Source of the DNA: an uncultured Actinomycetota bacterium
Lineage (GTDB): Bacteria > Actinomycetota > Actinomycetes > Actinomycetales > Microbacteriaceae
Length of the DNA: 64,000 bases
Assembly (NCBI GenBank): GCA_963824885.1
Contig: CAWGQN010000001.1
Coordinates: 143,482-207,481, forward strand
Direction of reading: 5' to 3'
Both the position numbers and the translations under genes were made by a program. The notes beneath the pieces are model-generated. The model was not told the DNA's origin. It saw nothing but the letters and a program-made list of their open reading frames with translations, and made no database searches. Positions 9,672 to 21,314 of the stretch are shown here, in pieces; position 1 is the first letter of the stretch, and the number at the start of each line of letters is the position of its first letter.

Positions 9672-10220
9672 TCAGAATGACGCCGGATTGTCGTGATCAC
9701 CGAGATACGACGCCGACTGAAAACCGGTGAGTGCCGACCATCGAGGGTCAACCCGTTCACGCGGCTCACCCTGGGGCGTGTCAGCCAGACGTTCGCCGGT
9801 CTCAGGGTCGAGACCGCGACAGCCCGCGAAACACACCGGTTGAAATGGCAGTGCAAGCACAACCGCATCTCTGATGAGAGGTTCAAGATTCACGTAGTCA
9901 TCGAGAACCTCGTAGTCAGAAGGATACGCGAAAAGCTCGTGGAATTCGACTTCGACGGGAATTTCGATCTCGGCCAAACACCGCCCACACACGCCCGACG
10001 CGGTCGTATCGACGCCGCCGGTAACGAGCAGACCATCGTGAACCGATTCAATCCGCACGGCCACGTTCACGGCCGCGTCCGATTCGACGGCGACGAGTCC
10101 CTCGCCGCGCTTGTGACCCGACACACCGGCGATGCGATGCTCGCGCACCGCTCCCGGACGAAACGCCATGTCGCGCACGTCCACGCTGTACGGAGTCGCG
10201 GTGAATGAGGGCACCGCCAA
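9672..10220 (-). CDS. DUF177 (YceD-like) protein
   Basis: Conserved position immediately upstream of rpmF, acidic composition and a CGRC motif typical of YceD-family proteins. Confidence 0.8.
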   Translation of the reverse strand: MAVPSFTATPYSVDVRDMAFRPGAVREHRIAGVSGHKRGEGLVAVESDAAVNVAVRIESVHDGLLVTGGVDTTASGVCGRCLAEIEIPVEVEFHELFAYPSDYEVLDDYVNLEPLIRDAVVLALPFQPVCFAGCRGLDPETGERLADTPQGEPRERVDPRWSALTGFQSASYLGDHDNPASF

Positions 10221-10291
10221 ATTCTACGCCGTCGAGTCGAAAGTCTCTTGTGCCGCGTCGCGACCATCGACCGACCCCGCGTCGGTGCGAC

Positions 10292-10774
10292 TCACGTGCG
10301 CGTCAAGAACTCTGCGACAGCGCGGGGAACGTAGGGAGTTATATCACCGCCGAGCGCCGACACCTGCTGAACGAGCGCACTCGAAACGTGCGAGTGGGAC
10401 GGATCCGGCAACATCAATACTGTCTCAATACCCGCAAGATCGCGGTTAACCACCGCCATCGGTGTTTCGTAGGCGATATCGACCGAGGATCGTACGCCCT
10501 TCACGAGCACGGTAGCGCCGACATCGGTGCAATAGTCCACCAAAAGCCCGACGCTCCACGATGCCACCACGATTGTGCCGCTGAGTGCCGCGTCGGCGAT
10601 TGAGCGCTCAAGAAGCATTGCGCGCTGCGCGACGGGCAAGAGCGGAGTCTTGTCAGGGTTGTGAACGACGAGCACGTGAACTTCGTCGAATATCTTTGCT
10701 GATCGCCCAATAACATCGAGGTGGCCGAGCGTCACGGGGTCGAACGACCCGGGAACAACGGCGATCCTTCGCAT
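10292..10774 (-). CDS. coaD: phosphopantetheine adenylyltransferase
   Basis: [22 protein letters not shown] is the nucleotidyltransferase motif. The ORF is trimmed to this Met. Confidence 0.93.
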   Translation of the reverse strand: MRRIAVVPGSFDPVTLGHLDVIGRSAKIFDEVHVLVVHNPDKTPLLPVAQRAMLLERSIADAALSGTIVVASWSVGLLVDYCTDVGATVLVKGVRSSVDIAYETPMAVVNRDLAGIETVLMLPDPSHSHVSSALVQQVSALGGDITPYVPRAVAEFLTRT

Positions 10775-10826
10775 GAAACCAACAGTACCCGCACCCCACT
10801 CGGCCCACGACGGAATTCGCACATTC

Positions 10827-13055
10827 TCACGTCTTGCCGAGCGACGCACGCTCGTCGGTGTCGAGGCGCCGCGAGATCGCATGAGCGAGGGCCGGATGGT
10901 TCGTCAGGTGCGGATCGTCGTCTAAAACGCGCGCCGCGAGGTGTCGTGCTTCCTCAATGAGGTCTCCGTCCGTCGCGACGCGAAGGAGACGAAGCGAAGA
11001 AACGCCTCCCGATTGGGCGTTTCCCAAAACGTCGCCCTCGCGACGCAATTCAAGATCCTTTTGCGCGAGCGCGAATCCGTCGAGGGTTGATGCGACCGAC
11101 TCGACGCGCTCTCGAGCGACGGTTCCGTGCGCCGCCGTGGTCACAAACAACGCGAGGCCGGGAACCTCGCCGCGACCGATCCGGCCGCGCAACTGGTGAA
11201 GCTGAGAGACCCCAAAGCGGTCGGCGTCGAGCACGACCATGATGGACGCGTTGGGAACGTCGACACCGACCTCAATGACCGTCGTCGCAATGAGCACATC
11301 GATTGCACCCGCGACGAAGTCGCGCATCACCCGATCTTTTTGTTCGCTCGTCAAGCGACCGTGCACGGTTTCGATGCGGGTGTTTTTAAAAAGTGAGTGA
11401 GCGCTGAGCATGGCGTGCGTGTCCGCAACCGTGGTAAGCGGATTGCCGACGGGTGTCGACGCCCCCGGGGTGCCGCCCGTCAGCTCGGAACCCGCGGCGC
11501 TCGAATCCCGCTCGTCGCCGTCAGAATCCTCCTCGGTCGCCGAGTCAATCGCGGGGCACACGACGAACGCTTGTCGCCCCGCGGCCACCTCTTCGGACAC
11601 TCGTTGCCACACGCGTGCGCGCCACCCCGGACGCTCGGCGAGCGGAACCACGTGACTCGCGACTTCGCGCCTCCCCGCGGGGAGTTCCGAAATCGTCGAC
11701 ACGTCGAGATCACCGAACACCGTCATCGCAACGGTTCGCGGGATTGGCGTCGCAGTGAGAACGAGAACGTGGGGAGGCGTGGCGCCCTTGCGTCGAAGCG
11801 CTTCTCGCTGATCGACACCGAAGCGGTGTTGCTCATCGATCACCGCGAGCCCAAGATCAAAAAAAGTGACAGCTTCGCCGAGCAATGCGTGCGTGCCAAT
11901 GACGATGCGCGCTTGACCCGATACGACACGGAGGAGGGCTTTGCGGCGCTCGGGAACCGACATGTGACCCGTGAGAAGTTGCGGCATGAGAGCCGCCGCG
12001 AGGTCTGGACCGAGCGCGGCGACAATCGATCTCGCGTGCTGCGCCGCGAGAACCTCGGTCGGAGCGAGAAACGCCGATTGTCCCCCCGAGTCGGCGACGG
12101 CCACCATCGCTCGAAGGGCGACATAGGTTTTACCCGATCCCACTTCGCCGTGGACCAAACGGTTCATGGGTGCACGCTGTGCAAGGTCCGCCGAGATTTC
12201 GCGTCCGACACGATTCTGGTCATTCGTTAGTGAAAACGGCAGCGCGTCGTCAAATCGGTCGAGAAAACCGCCCGGCGTGGATTCGCGCGCGACCGAGCGT
12301 CGAGTCTTCGCTTCGCGACGGCGTTCGAGCAGCGCCGCCTGAAGAACGAATGCCTCGTGAAATCGCAGCGTGTCTCGCGCGTGCTTCCAGTCGGAATCCG
12401 TCGTTGGCCGGTGAACGCACTCATACGCGCGTGCGGCGCTCATGAGGTGACGATCCCGTGCGAGCCACGCCGGAACGGGGTCGTCAACGTCGCCCACGCC
12501 GTCAAGAACGAGTGCCACCGAGCGCTGCACTTGCCAACTCGCGACCGTTGCCGTCGCCGCGTAGACCGGAATCGGATGCTCGGCCCACGCGCGAATGGTC
12601 TTGTCGCTCGGCGATTCGCCGTCGCCGTCGCCGTCGCCGTCAACGGCATCAAAGAGTTCGTAGTCGGGATGCGCAAGCTGAATCCGCCCCCGATAGTGCG
12701 ATATCTTGCCCGCGAACATCCCGCGAACGCCGGGTTTCAGCGCTTCTGCGCGCCACGCTTGATTGAAGAACGTGAGGCCGAGATTTCCCCTCCCGTCAGA
12801 GATTCGCACCTCGAGAATAGAGCCTCGCTTCGCTCGCATGGGCCGCTCTCGCACGTCGAGAACCTCGGCGACAATCGTCACATTTTCATCGACCGGGAGG
12901 CGCGTCAGATCGGTCAGCTCGCCCCTGTGCGCGTATCGGCGAGGCACGTGGTTGAGCACGTCATCGACCGTGCGATGCCCGAACGCCTTCGCGAGCGCCG
13001 CCGAGGTTCGTCCCCCGAGCACCGCGGTGAGCGGGGTATCGAGCGCGGTCGTCAT
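10827..13055 (-). CDS. recG: ATP-dependent DNA helicase RecG
   Basis: Wedge domain followed by helicase motifs [19 protein letters not shown] and TATPIPRT. The start could be 13055 or 13097. Confidence 0.93.
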   Translation of the reverse strand: MTTALDTPLTAVLGGRTSAALAKAFGHRTVDDVLNHVPRRYAHRGELTDLTRLPVDENVTIVAEVLDVRERPMRAKRGSILEVRISDGRGNLGLTFFNQAWRAEALKPGVRGMFAGKISHYRGRIQLAHPDYELFDAVDGDGDGDGESPSDKTIRAWAEHPIPVYAATATVASWQVQRSVALVLDGVGDVDDPVPAWLARDRHLMSAARAYECVHRPTTDSDWKHARDTLRFHEAFVLQAALLERRREAKTRRSVARESTPGGFLDRFDDALPFSLTNDQNRVGREISADLAQRAPMNRLVHGEVGSGKTYVALRAMVAVADSGGQSAFLAPTEVLAAQHARSIVAALGPDLAAALMPQLLTGHMSVPERRKALLRVVSGQARIVIGTHALLGEAVTFFDLGLAVIDEQHRFGVDQREALRRKGATPPHVLVLTATPIPRTVAMTVFGDLDVSTISELPAGRREVASHVVPLAERPGWRARVWQRVSEEVAAGRQAFVVCPAIDSATEEDSDGDERDSSAAGSELTGGTPGASTPVGNPLTTVADTHAMLSAHSLFKNTRIETVHGRLTSEQKDRVMRDFVAGAIDVLIATTVIEVGVDVPNASIMVVLDADRFGVSQLHQLRGRIGRGEVPGLALFVTTAAHGTVARERVESVASTLDGFALAQKDLELRREGDVLGNAQSGGVSSLRLLRVATDGDLIEEARHLAARVLDDDPHLTNHPALAHAISRRLDTDERASLGKT

Positions 13056-13114
13056 GCTCAGATCATAAGCGGACACCGCCCTGCGCCCGAACGCCACCGG
13101 CTAGTATCGAGTCG

Positions 13115-13690
13115 GTGACACGAATCATTGCGGGATTCGCCGGCTCGCTCCCGTTGCGAGTACCGCGGTCGGGAACTCGCCCCACAAGTGACCGGGTGCG
13201 CGAGGCTATTTTCTCGGGCCTTGATGCTCGCGGATTGATCGCGGGGTCCCGAGTGCTCGATCTCTTTGCCGGATCGGGCGCTCTCGGTCTCGAAGCCGCG
13301 AGTCGCGGAGCGACAACCGTGACTCTCGTTGAAAAAAATTCGTCGTCGGCATCGATTGCCCGTCACAACGCGCACACCGTTGTTTCCGCGGCCGCTCGTC
13401 AGCCGCCCACGATCGCCGTGCGCGCTCAAACCGCTCAGGCGTTTTTGGCGGCGCCATCAGACGGATTCGATCTCGTCTTTGTCGACCCACCGTACTCGTA
13501 CGATACCGACGACCTCGAAAGAGATCTTCACGCGCTCGTCGCGCACCTTTCTCGCGCTTCCCTCGTCGTGGTCGAGCGAAGCGCGCGCTCCCCCGAACCG
13601 CGATGGCCGCACGCCGTGGTGAGGGAACGAGTAAAGAAGTACGGCGACACGGCCATTTTCACGGCATCGCTCGATTCCACTAACCTCTAA
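13115..13690 (+). CDS. rsmD: 16S rRNA (guanine966-N2)-methyltransferase RsmD-like
   Basis: MTRIIAG...LRVP...TRPTSDRVREAIFS...DLFAGSGALGLEAASRG...DPPY motifs. Confidence 0.85.
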   Translation: MTRIIAGFAGSLPLRVPRSGTRPTSDRVREAIFSGLDARGLIAGSRVLDLFAGSGALGLEAASRGATTVTLVEKNSSSASIARHNAHTVVSAAARQPPTIAVRAQTAQAFLAAPSDGFDLVFVDPPYSYDTDDLERDLHALVAHLSRASLVVVERSARSPEPRWPHAVVRERVKKYGDTAIFTASLDSTNL

Positions 13691-14691
13691 CCGAATCGGC
13701 CCGTCCAACTCGAATACGGCTCCCACCCGTCACCGTGATCGTAGGGTTCGCCATCAACCGTGACACCCGAGCCCGCACGCACGACTCCCGTCGCACGGAA
13801 TCCGACCGGGAGGGTGCACTCGGCCGGAAACGTTGCCAAGAGCGCGTGATCTTCACCGCCGCGCAACGCAAGGTCTGTGTCGATTCCGCCCGACGCACCG
13901 TCGACGAGTGCGGAGTCGAAATCAATTGCCACGCGACTCGCCTTCGCGAGCCGCCCGGCATCCCGCACGAAACCGTCACTCACGTCGAGCATCGCGGTCG
14001 CTCCCGCGCGCGCGGCGACAACTCCGTTCGAGATGGGCGGGAACGGAGCCAATTGCGGTTCGGTCAGCGACGGGTATTCCCGGCGAAGCCGTGCGCACAC
14101 GCCCGCGTCGGCGTGTCCCTCGTCGTTGACCCCGCGCTCAAAAAGGAACGCGAGTGCTCGAGCCGCGTGGCCAATCGCGCCCGAGACAGCAACGATGTCC
14201 CCCTCGTGAGCGCCCGATCGTGTTATTGCCGTCGCGCCGTCAAGATCGCCAAACGCCGTGACAGCAATCGTCAGCACGGAAGAAACCGATAGATCGCCGC
14301 CGACTACGCCGCAACCCGGCGCGAGGGCGGCGCACGAGTCTCTCAATCCGTCGGCAATGCCCTCGAGGGTCGATATCGGAGTGGACGCGGGAGCTGCGAG
14401 GGCCACAACGAGGGCCGTCGGTCGTGCTCCCATCGCCGCAATATCGGCCAAATTTGACGCCGCCGACTTCCACCCGAGGTCGTGTGGCGTTGACCACGCG
14501 AGCCAAAAATCGGGACCGTGAATCATTGTGTCCGTCGTGACCACGAATCTCCCGTCGGGTGCCGAGACAATCGCGGCGTCATCACCCGGCCCGAGAATGG
14601 ACCAATTCGATTTCGGGAGCCTCGGAAAAATTCGCGCGAGTGTTTCGTCTTCGCCGAGCTCGCGCACCGTCGTTTCGCACGCACGTTCCAT
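13687..14691 (-). CDS. thiL: thiamine-monophosphate kinase
   Basis: AIR-synthase-like fold with LGEDETLARIFPRL...GPGDDAAIV...TTDTMIHGPDF. The ORF is trimmed to MERACETT, because the longer N-terminal extension overlaps the opposite-strand gene. Confidence 0.9.
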   Translation of the reverse strand: MERACETTVRELGEDETLARIFPRLPKSNWSILGPGDDAAIVSAPDGRFVVTTDTMIHGPDFWLAWSTPHDLGWKSAASNLADIAAMGARPTALVVALAAPASTPISTLEGIADGLRDSCAALAPGCGVVGGDLSVSSVLTIAVTAFGDLDGATAITRSGAHEGDIVAVSGAIGHAARALAFLFERGVNDEGHADAGVCARLRREYPSLTEPQLAPFPPISNGVVAARAGATAMLDVSDGFVRDAGRLAKASRVAIDFDSALVDGASGGIDTDLALRGGEDHALLATFPAECTLPVGFRATGVVRAGSGVTVDGEPYDHGDGWEPYSSWTGRFG

Positions 14692-14715
14692 GCCTTCAAC
14701 GGTAGCCTGATTACG

Positions 14716-15186
14716 ATGATGCGCCGCGTGCTTCCGACCCCCGTGGGAGTGTGCGTCGTTGTCGCCCTGACCGCGTGCGCACCGACCGTTCATCTCGAGC
14801 CGGCGCCCGACGCCACGAACGTCGCGTGCGCGGACATTATGGTGCGCCTTCCCGAGCGGGTTGCTGACCAGCCGCGGCGCGCGACCGACGCGCAAGCGAG
14901 CGCCGCGTGGGGCAATCCGGCAGCCGTCCTCGCGCGATGCGGAGTTCCGATCCCCGGCCCGAGCACTCTGCCGTGTGTGAGCATCAATGGAATTGATTGG
15001 ATCGAAAACGATTCCGCACGTCCGCTGATTCGATACGTGACGTTTGGCAGAAACCCCGCGACCGAGATCGCGGTCGATTCTGCACTCGTGTCGGGTACCA
15101 GTGCGCTGGTTGACCTCGCGGCGGCCGTTGATCGCGCGACACAAACGTCCCGGTGCACGTCGGTGTCGGACAGCGAAACTCGTTAG
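14716..15186 (+). CDS. DUF3515-like lipoprotein
   Basis: The MMRRVLPTPVGVCVVVALTAC lipobox-type signal is seen directly. The DUF3515 assignment is from my recollection of the conserved actinobacterial gene between thiL and gpsA and is unverified. Confidence 0.6.
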   Translation: MMRRVLPTPVGVCVVVALTACAPTVHLEPAPDATNVACADIMVRLPERVADQPRRATDAQASAAWGNPAAVLARCGVPIPGPSTLPCVSINGIDWIENDSARPLIRYVTFGRNPATEIAVDSALVSGTSALVDLAAAVDRATQTSRCTSVSDSETR

Positions 15187-16313
15187 CGTATTTTCGCGCC
15201 GACAACGCGACGGAAGAACCTCGTGACCATGTTCCCTCGAGCGGGGCGATTGAGAGCGCGTGAGTCGCGCCGTGCGTTTTCCCCGCGCGGCGCACCAGAC
15301 TCGGTGGTCACGTGCGGAGCAATGTCAATGGGATCGAGTGTCCCGGCCAACACGCGGCTCACTTGGCTGGTAATCGGCATGTCGACCCCGCGAGTGCGAG
15401 CAAGAGTCAAGATCGGCTCGATTGACGCGAGTCCCTCGGCGGTTTGGCTCATGGTCGCGACGACGTCAGTGTAGCTATACCCCTGCCCGAGCAACCGTCC
15501 CGCGGTGTTATTTCGGGAGAGGGGCGACTGGCACGTTGCGATGAGGTCGCCAAGGCCCGCGAGCCCCGCTAAAGTGTCGGGCTGTGCACCGAAGGACACC
15601 GCGAAATCGGTCATTTCTGCCAAGCCTCTCGTGATCATCGCGGCCTTGGTGTTTTCTCCGTATCCGACACCGTCGACGATTCCGATCGCGACCGCCATCA
15701 GGTTTTTGAGCACTCCCCCGAACTCGGTCCCGACGACGTCGGTGTTCACATACGAACGAAAGTACGAGTTCGTGGCGACGCGAGCGACGGATTCAGCCGT
15801 CTCGATGCTCGCCGACGAGACGACCGCGGCCGTCGGCTGTTCCTTGGCTATTTCAAGAGCGATGTTGGGCCCAGAAATGACCGCAATTCGGTGTGCGTCG
15901 ATTCCGAGCGCGTGCGAAATAACCTCGCTCATTCGAAGGCCGGTTCCCTCTTCTACCCCCTTCATGAGACTCACGACGACCGCGTCGGGCGCGAGGAGCG
16001 GAGCGATAGCGGAAAGGTTCGTTCTCAGCGTCTGACTGGGAACCGAAACGAAGACCAGTCGAGCGTGCGCGAGAACGTCGTTGAGACGGTCCGTCGCGCG
16101 AAGCGTCCGCGGAAGATTGATGCCCGGAAGATAACTGCTGTTGCGTTTTGCCTCGCTTATTTCGCGCGCAACTTCGGCGCGACGCGCCCACACGACAACG
16201 GGAGACCCGCCATCCGCGAGAACCTTGGCGAAAGTCGTTCCCCAACTTCCGGCCCCAATAACGGCGAGTGGTCGCGAGTGTGTCGTGTCAGGATTCAAGG
16301 CGTCCCGTCTCAT
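15183..16313 (-). CDS. gpsA: NAD(P)H-dependent glycerol-3-phosphate dehydrogenase
   Basis: AVIGAGSWGTTFAKVLA Rossmann motif and the GxKNxxAxxxG region (GGVLKNLMAVAIGI). Start uncertain. Confidence 0.92.
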   Translation of the reverse strand: MRRDALNPDTTHSRPLAVIGAGSWGTTFAKVLADGGSPVVVWARRAEVAREISEAKRNSSYLPGINLPRTLRATDRLNDVLAHARLVFVSVPSQTLRTNLSAIAPLLAPDAVVVSLMKGVEEGTGLRMSEVISHALGIDAHRIAVISGPNIALEIAKEQPTAAVVSSASIETAESVARVATNSYFRSYVNTDVVGTEFGGVLKNLMAVAIGIVDGVGYGENTKAAMITRGLAEMTDFAVSFGAQPDTLAGLAGLGDLIATCQSPLSRNNTAGRLLGQGYSYTDVVATMSQTAEGLASIEPILTLARTRGVDMPITSQVSRVLAGTLDPIDIAPHVTTESGAPRGENARRDSRALNRPARGNMVTRFFRRVVGAKIR

Positions 16314-17025
16314 TCTGGTTGTGGTGCGATGGATTCCATCGCTCGCGAGGCGCACTCTCGCCGCGAAGGTCTTCGAGGAGGCGCGTTATGCGCTCCATCA
16401 CGAGGGCGGTTGCCTCGTTGAGGACCGCGGTATCGAGATGTCGACCTCGAAACTCCGACAGGTCGACCGGTTCGCCAATCGCGACTCGAATGGGATGCCG
16501 GGGAAAAAGACTAATCTTCTTCGCGTAGCGGGCCATGACGCGCTGCGCGCCCCAATGAGCGACCGGGATGATGGGAATGTTGTGCTCGAGAGCCATGCGA
16601 GTAGCGCCCGTCTTTCCGCGCATTGGCCACAGGTCGGGGTCTCGAGTGAGCGAACCCTCCGGGTAGATGACGACGATCTGCCCGTTGTCCACGAGGCGCT
16701 GGGCTGCCTTGAGCGGCTGTTTTCCCCGTTCGCGAGGCTCGCGCTCGACGGGAATCTGACCGGATCGTCGCAAAAGCCATCCCACGACGGGTACGCGAAA
16801 AAGACGATCCTTCGCAAGAAAACGCGGTTCTCGACCGAGCTTCCAGAGCACGGTTCCCACAATGATGGGGTCGATCTCGCTGTGATGATTGGGCGCAATA
16901 ATGCACGACCCCACCGCGGGAAGATTCGAGGCACCGGTGATCGTATATCGGGTTCCCACGGCCATGATGGGCCGAACGAGCGAAGAAAGCACCCAAAAAA
17001 TCGACGGCCTGTTGCGTTCTGACAC
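16288..17025 (-). CDS. 1-acyl-sn-glycerol-3-phosphate acyltransferase family protein
   Basis: HX4D acyltransferase motif (APNHHSEIDP) and the PEGSLTRD block. Confidence 0.88.
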   Translation of the reverse strand: MSERNRPSIFWVLSSLVRPIMAVGTRYTITGASNLPAVGSCIIAPNHHSEIDPIIVGTVLWKLGREPRFLAKDRLFRVPVVGWLLRRSGQIPVEREPRERGKQPLKAAQRLVDNGQIVVIYPEGSLTRDPDLWPMRGKTGATRMALEHNIPIIPVAHWGAQRVMARYAKKISLFPRHPIRVAIGEPVDLSEFRGRHLDTAVLNEATALVMERITRLLEDLRGESAPRERWNPSHHNQNETGRLES

Positions 17026-17029
17026 CCGC

Positions 17030-18427
17030 CTAGTTTCCCTCGAGAACGAAATCCGCTCCCAGCAAGCGCAGCTTGTTAATGAAGTTTTCGTACCCGCGGC
17101 TAATAATTCCCACGTTGCTCACGGTCGAGGTTCCGGTTGCCGTCAGGGCCGCAATGAGGTGGCTGAACCCTCCCCGCAAATCGGGTACCTCGATGTCGGC
17201 TCCGCGCAACTGGATGGGTCCAGAAATGACCGCGGAGTGACTGAAATTTCGCTGCCCGAACCGGCACGGCATGCCCGTGAGGCACTCCTTATGAATTTGA
17301 ATCGTTGCCCCCATCTCGACGAGCGCGTCGACGAATCCAAACCGTTTCTCGTAGACGGTCTCGTGAACGATCGACACGCCGTTTGCCTTGGTGAGAGCGA
17401 CGACGAGCGGTTGCTGCCAATCGGTCATGAATCCCGGGTGTACATCGGTTTCGATAATGACCGATTTGAGTTGTCCGCCGGGGTGAAAAAACCGAATTCC
17501 CTCGTCGTGAATCTCGAACGCGCCACCCACCTTGCGGTAGACATTGAGAAAAGTCGTCATCTCTTGCTGGAGAGCGCCACCAACAAATATGTCGCCCTCT
17601 GTCGCAAGCGCCGCGGCTGCCCAGCTCGCGGCCTCGCTGCGGTCAAAAAGCGCGCGATGCGTGTAGCCGTGCAAATCGTCAACACCCTCGATCCGAATAA
17701 CTCGGTCGGTGTCAACCGAAATAATCGCACCCATTTTTTGCAAAATATTGATGAGATCCATGATCTCCGGTTCAATCGCGGCGCCTTTAAGTTCGGTGAT
17801 CCCTTCGGCTCGAACAGCGGTCAACAACACTTGCTCGGTCGCGCCGACGCTCGGATACGGCAATTGGACCTTCGCCCCTTTCAACCCGTTCGGAGCTGAA
17901 ATGCGGATTCCACTGGGTTCTTTGTCAACGATTGCTCCGAAATTACGAAGCACCTCAAGATGGAAGTCAATCGGGCGATCACCAATTCGGCAGCCACCGA
18001 GGTCGGGAATGAACGCTTCGCCAAGCCGGTGCAAAAGTGGACCGCAAAACAGAATGGGAATTCGCGACGATCCCGCGTGCGCGTCGATTTCCGCGAAATG
18101 GGCCGTTTCGACCGAACTCGGATCGAGAACGATGTCGCCCTCTCCGGGCCCATCGGTCACCGTCACACCGTGCACCTCGAGAAGGCCTCGAACGACTCGA
18201 ACATCGCTAATGTCGGGGACATCGTGAAGAAGGCTCGGCGTTTCACCGAGAATCGCGGCAACCATTGCCTTGGTGACGAGGTTCTTCGCGCCTTTAAGCT
18301 CAATGCGACCAACGAGCGGCCGCCCACCATTGATCGTGATGCGATCGGCCGTCACTGCGGCGCGCTCGTCGGCGTTTTGGGCAGATTTGCTGACTTCAAT
18401 GAGGGTATCCACGGAGTTTGTGCTCAC
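17030..18427 (-). CDS. murA: UDP-N-acetylglucosamine 1-carboxyvinyltransferase
   Basis: EPSP/MurA fold with GAKNLVTKAMVAAIL and an LGGCRIGDRPID loop containing the catalytic Cys; 465 aa. Confidence 0.95.
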   Translation of the reverse strand: MSTNSVDTLIEVSKSAQNADERAAVTADRITINGGRPLVGRIELKGAKNLVTKAMVAAILGETPSLLHDVPDISDVRVVRGLLEVHGVTVTDGPGEGDIVLDPSSVETAHFAEIDAHAGSSRIPILFCGPLLHRLGEAFIPDLGGCRIGDRPIDFHLEVLRNFGAIVDKEPSGIRISAPNGLKGAKVQLPYPSVGATEQVLLTAVRAEGITELKGAAIEPEIMDLINILQKMGAIISVDTDRVIRIEGVDDLHGYTHRALFDRSEAASWAAAALATEGDIFVGGALQQEMTTFLNVYRKVGGAFEIHDEGIRFFHPGGQLKSVIIETDVHPGFMTDWQQPLVVALTKANGVSIVHETVYEKRFGFVDALVEMGATIQIHKECLTGMPCRFGQRNFSHSAVISGPIQLRGADIEVPDLRGGFSHLIAALTATGTSTVSNVGIISRGYENFINKLRLLGADFVLEGN

Positions 18428-18433
18428 AATTGC

Positions 18434-19030
18434 CTATTTGACTTGAGTCGTTGTCGGTCGCCACGATTCTCGACGAGCCTCGAACGCGGAGATTTGCGCG
18501 GTATTGCGCAGTGTCAGGTCGATGTCGTCGAGACCTTCCAGTAGGCGCCATCTAGTGTAATCGTCAATTTCGAAATTCACCGTCAACCCCTCCAGACTCG
18601 CGGTAGTAGTAACAAGATCAACGGTGATTTCTATTCCCGGTTGCGCATCGATCACGGCCCACAGATCTTTCAGGTCTGCCTCGGAGACTTGTGCCGCAAC
18701 GAGTCCTTGTTTGCCCGCGTTGCCGCGAAAAATATCGGCAAATCGCGGACTCAGTACCGCGCGAAAGCCATAGTCACGCAAGGCCCACACCGCGTGTTCG
18801 CGCGACGATCCCGTTCCAAAATCGTTGCCCGTGACGAGGACCGAAGCGGACCGAAAATCTGCTCGATTGAGGACAAAGTCCGGATCGTGTCGCCAGTTCG
18901 CAAAGAGCGCGTCTTCGAATCCCGTCCGCGCAATTGACTTCAAATACGCGGCGGGGATGATCTGATCGGTGTCGACATTCGACCGTTTGAGCGGTGCCGC
19001 AATCCCTCGGATGATTGATACTTTTTCCAC
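18434..19030 (-). CDS. leuD: 3-isopropylmalate dehydratase small subunit
   Basis: [15 protein letters not shown]-type motif ([22 protein letters not shown]), adjacent to leuC. Confidence 0.95.
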   Translation of the reverse strand: MEKVSIIRGIAAPLKRSNVDTDQIIPAAYLKSIARTGFEDALFANWRHDPDFVLNRADFRSASVLVTGNDFGTGSSREHAVWALRDYGFRAVLSPRFADIFRGNAGKQGLVAAQVSEADLKDLWAVIDAQPGIEITVDLVTTTASLEGLTVNFEIDDYTRWRLLEGLDDIDLTLRNTAQISAFEARRESWRPTTTQVK

Positions 19031-20490
19031 TAGACGACACTCCCCTCGGTTCGGGTTTCGTCATGAAGATCCCACGGACTCGACAGGGTTCCGCGAATTG
19101 CCGTTGCGGCGGCCACGAGAGGCGAAACGAGGTGGGTACGACCGCCCTTTCCCTGCCGACCCTCGAAGTTGCGGTTGCTCGTCGACGCACAGCGTTCTCC
19201 GGGCGCAAGCTGATCGGGATTCATGCCGAGACACATCGAACACCCAGCAAATCGCCATTCGGCCCCAAAATCCGTGAAAATTTCGTCGAGTCCCTCGGAC
19301 TCCGCCTCGATTCTCACGCGTGCGGATCCGGGTACTACCATGACCCGCACGTGGTCGGCTTTTCGCTTTCCTTTAATGATCTCCGCGAACGCGCGCAAGT
19401 CTTCTATTCGACTATTGGTGCACGATCCCATGAACACCGCATCGACGCGAACATCTTTCATGCGCGTGCCCGCCGAGAGATTCATGTAGTCGAGTGCTCG
19501 CTCGGCCGCCGCGCGATCGGTCGGGTGATCAAAGCTTTCGGGGTCGGGTACTGACCCCGAAAGCGACACGCCTTGGCTCGGGTTCGTTCCCCACGTCACA
19601 AAGGGTTCGAGCTTACTGGCATCAATGACGACCTCGGAATCAAACACCGCGTCGTCGTCGGAGGGCAGCGTCTTCCAATACGCGAGCGCGTCGGCCCAAT
19701 CACTGCCCCGCGGCGCATGGGGACGACCCTCGAGGTAGGCTATCGTCGTGTCGTCAGGCGCGATGAGCCCCGCTCGAGCTCCCGCTTCGATGGACATGTT
19801 GCAGACCGTCATGCGGCCCGCCATCGACAGCGCGCGAATCGCGGATCCTCGATATTCAATGACGTATCCCTGACCACCGCCCGTCCCGATTTGTGCGATG
19901 AGCGCGAGGACAATGTCTTTCGCGGTCACTCCGTCGCGTAGTTCACCATCGACCGTGACCGCCATTGTTTTGAATGGCGCGGCCGCTAGCGTTTGTGTCG
20001 CGAGAACGTGTTCGACCTCGCTCGTGCCAATCCCGAACGCAATTGCACCGAAAGCGCCGTGCGTCGAGGTGTGCGAGTCGCCACACACGACGGTGATCCC
20101 GGGCATTGTGAGGCCCAATTGAGGTCCAACAACGTGCACGATGCCCTGCTCAATGTCGCCAAGCGGGTGCGAGCGAATTCCAAATTGTGCCGTGTTGGAT
20201 CTCAAGGCGTCGAGTTGAGCGCGACTCGTGAGATCGGCGATCGGCTGGTCAATATCGATCGTGGGAGTATTGTGGTCTTCGGTCGCAATCGACAGGTCGG
20301 GTCGGCGCACGGAACGACCTGTCACCCGCAAGCCCTCGAATGCTTGAGGACTCGTCACTTCGTGCACGAGATGAAGATCAATATAGATCAGGTCGGGGGC
20401 GCCACGTTCGCCCGGAACGACGACGTGATCGTTCCAGATTTTTTCCGCGAGTGTTAGCGGTTGCCGACTCGTCTCTCTACCGCGATTCAT
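19030..20490 (-). CDS. leuC: 3-isopropylmalate dehydratase large subunit
   Basis: Aconitase-family Fe-S motifs [26 protein letters not shown] and [13 protein letters not shown]. Confidence 0.96.
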   Translation of the reverse strand: MNRGRETSRQPLTLAEKIWNDHVVVPGERGAPDLIYIDLHLVHEVTSPQAFEGLRVTGRSVRRPDLSIATEDHNTPTIDIDQPIADLTSRAQLDALRSNTAQFGIRSHPLGDIEQGIVHVVGPQLGLTMPGITVVCGDSHTSTHGAFGAIAFGIGTSEVEHVLATQTLAAAPFKTMAVTVDGELRDGVTAKDIVLALIAQIGTGGGQGYVIEYRGSAIRALSMAGRMTVCNMSIEAGARAGLIAPDDTTIAYLEGRPHAPRGSDWADALAYWKTLPSDDDAVFDSEVVIDASKLEPFVTWGTNPSQGVSLSGSVPDPESFDHPTDRAAAERALDYMNLSAGTRMKDVRVDAVFMGSCTNSRIEDLRAFAEIIKGKRKADHVRVMVVPGSARVRIEAESEGLDEIFTDFGAEWRFAGCSMCLGMNPDQLAPGERCASTSNRNFEGRQGKGGRTHLVSPLVAAATAIRGTLSSPWDLHDETRTEGSVV

Positions 20491-21311
20491 GTGTTTCTTT
20501 CCGAAAAAAGGGTATCATTAGCGGCCCGGACAACGACGACGGTCACGTTGTCTCGGCCTCCCGCGGCGAGCGCGGCGTCGACAAGCGCGTCGGCAACGTG
20601 CTCAACCTCGTCGGTGCCGCGCAAAATGTGAGCAATCGCCGCATCGTCGAGTTCTTTCGTGAGGCCGTCCGAGCACATAATGAACGTTCGGGCGGTCCCG
20701 AGTGGCACGAGCCACACATCTGGCCTCACCCACTCCGCCGCTCCAATGGCGCGCGTAATCACGTTGCGGTCGGGGTGGACCTCGGCCTCGTGCGGGCTAA
20801 TGACGCCCGCTTCGACGAGTTCTTGCACCGCCGAGTGGTCAACGGTTATTTGGCTGAGTTCGGTGCCGTCCCACTCGTAGACGCGCGAGTCCCCAATGTT
20901 GAAGACCATCCACTCGTGACTCTCGCCGACACTACTCGTGGAATCGTGCGAGACACTCGCGCTCGTCGCCACGAGAGCCACTCCCGTCACGGTGGTTCCC
21001 GAGAGCGCGGGCCCGGAATCCGCATTCTCCGACAGAGCGCGCACGTCGTCATTTGCCCGACTGAGAGCCGAATTGACCGCATCGACCGTTGTTGGCTCTC
21101 CAACCGAAAAATCCCTCGAAAATACTCGAGCGACCGCTTGGCTCGCAGCATCTCCGCGTGCGTGCCCTCCCATGCCGTCTGCGACAAGAAACACGGGAGG
21201 GATCGCGACCAGGCTGTCTTCGTTGACGCGACGGACTTTGCCCACATCGGTGTGAAAACCGACAGAAAGCTGCAGCGTCCGTGCGGGCAACTCAATCGCG
21301 AACTGGGGCAT
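20487..21311 (-). CDS. PP2C-family serine/threonine phosphatase
   Basis: NEDS...[15 protein letters not shown]...CSDGL...[11 protein letters not shown] motifs. Confidence 0.85.
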   Translation of the reverse strand: MPQFAIELPARTLQLSVGFHTDVGKVRRVNEDSLVAIPPVFLVADGMGGHARGDAASQAVARVFSRDFSVGEPTTVDAVNSALSRANDDVRALSENADSGPALSGTTVTGVALVATSASVSHDSTSSVGESHEWMVFNIGDSRVYEWDGTELSQITVDHSAVQELVEAGVISPHEAEVHPDRNVITRAIGAAEWVRPDVWLVPLGTARTFIMCSDGLTKELDDAAIAHILRGTDEVEHVADALVDAALAAGGRDNVTVVVVRAANDTLFSERNT

Positions 21312-21314
21312 TTC

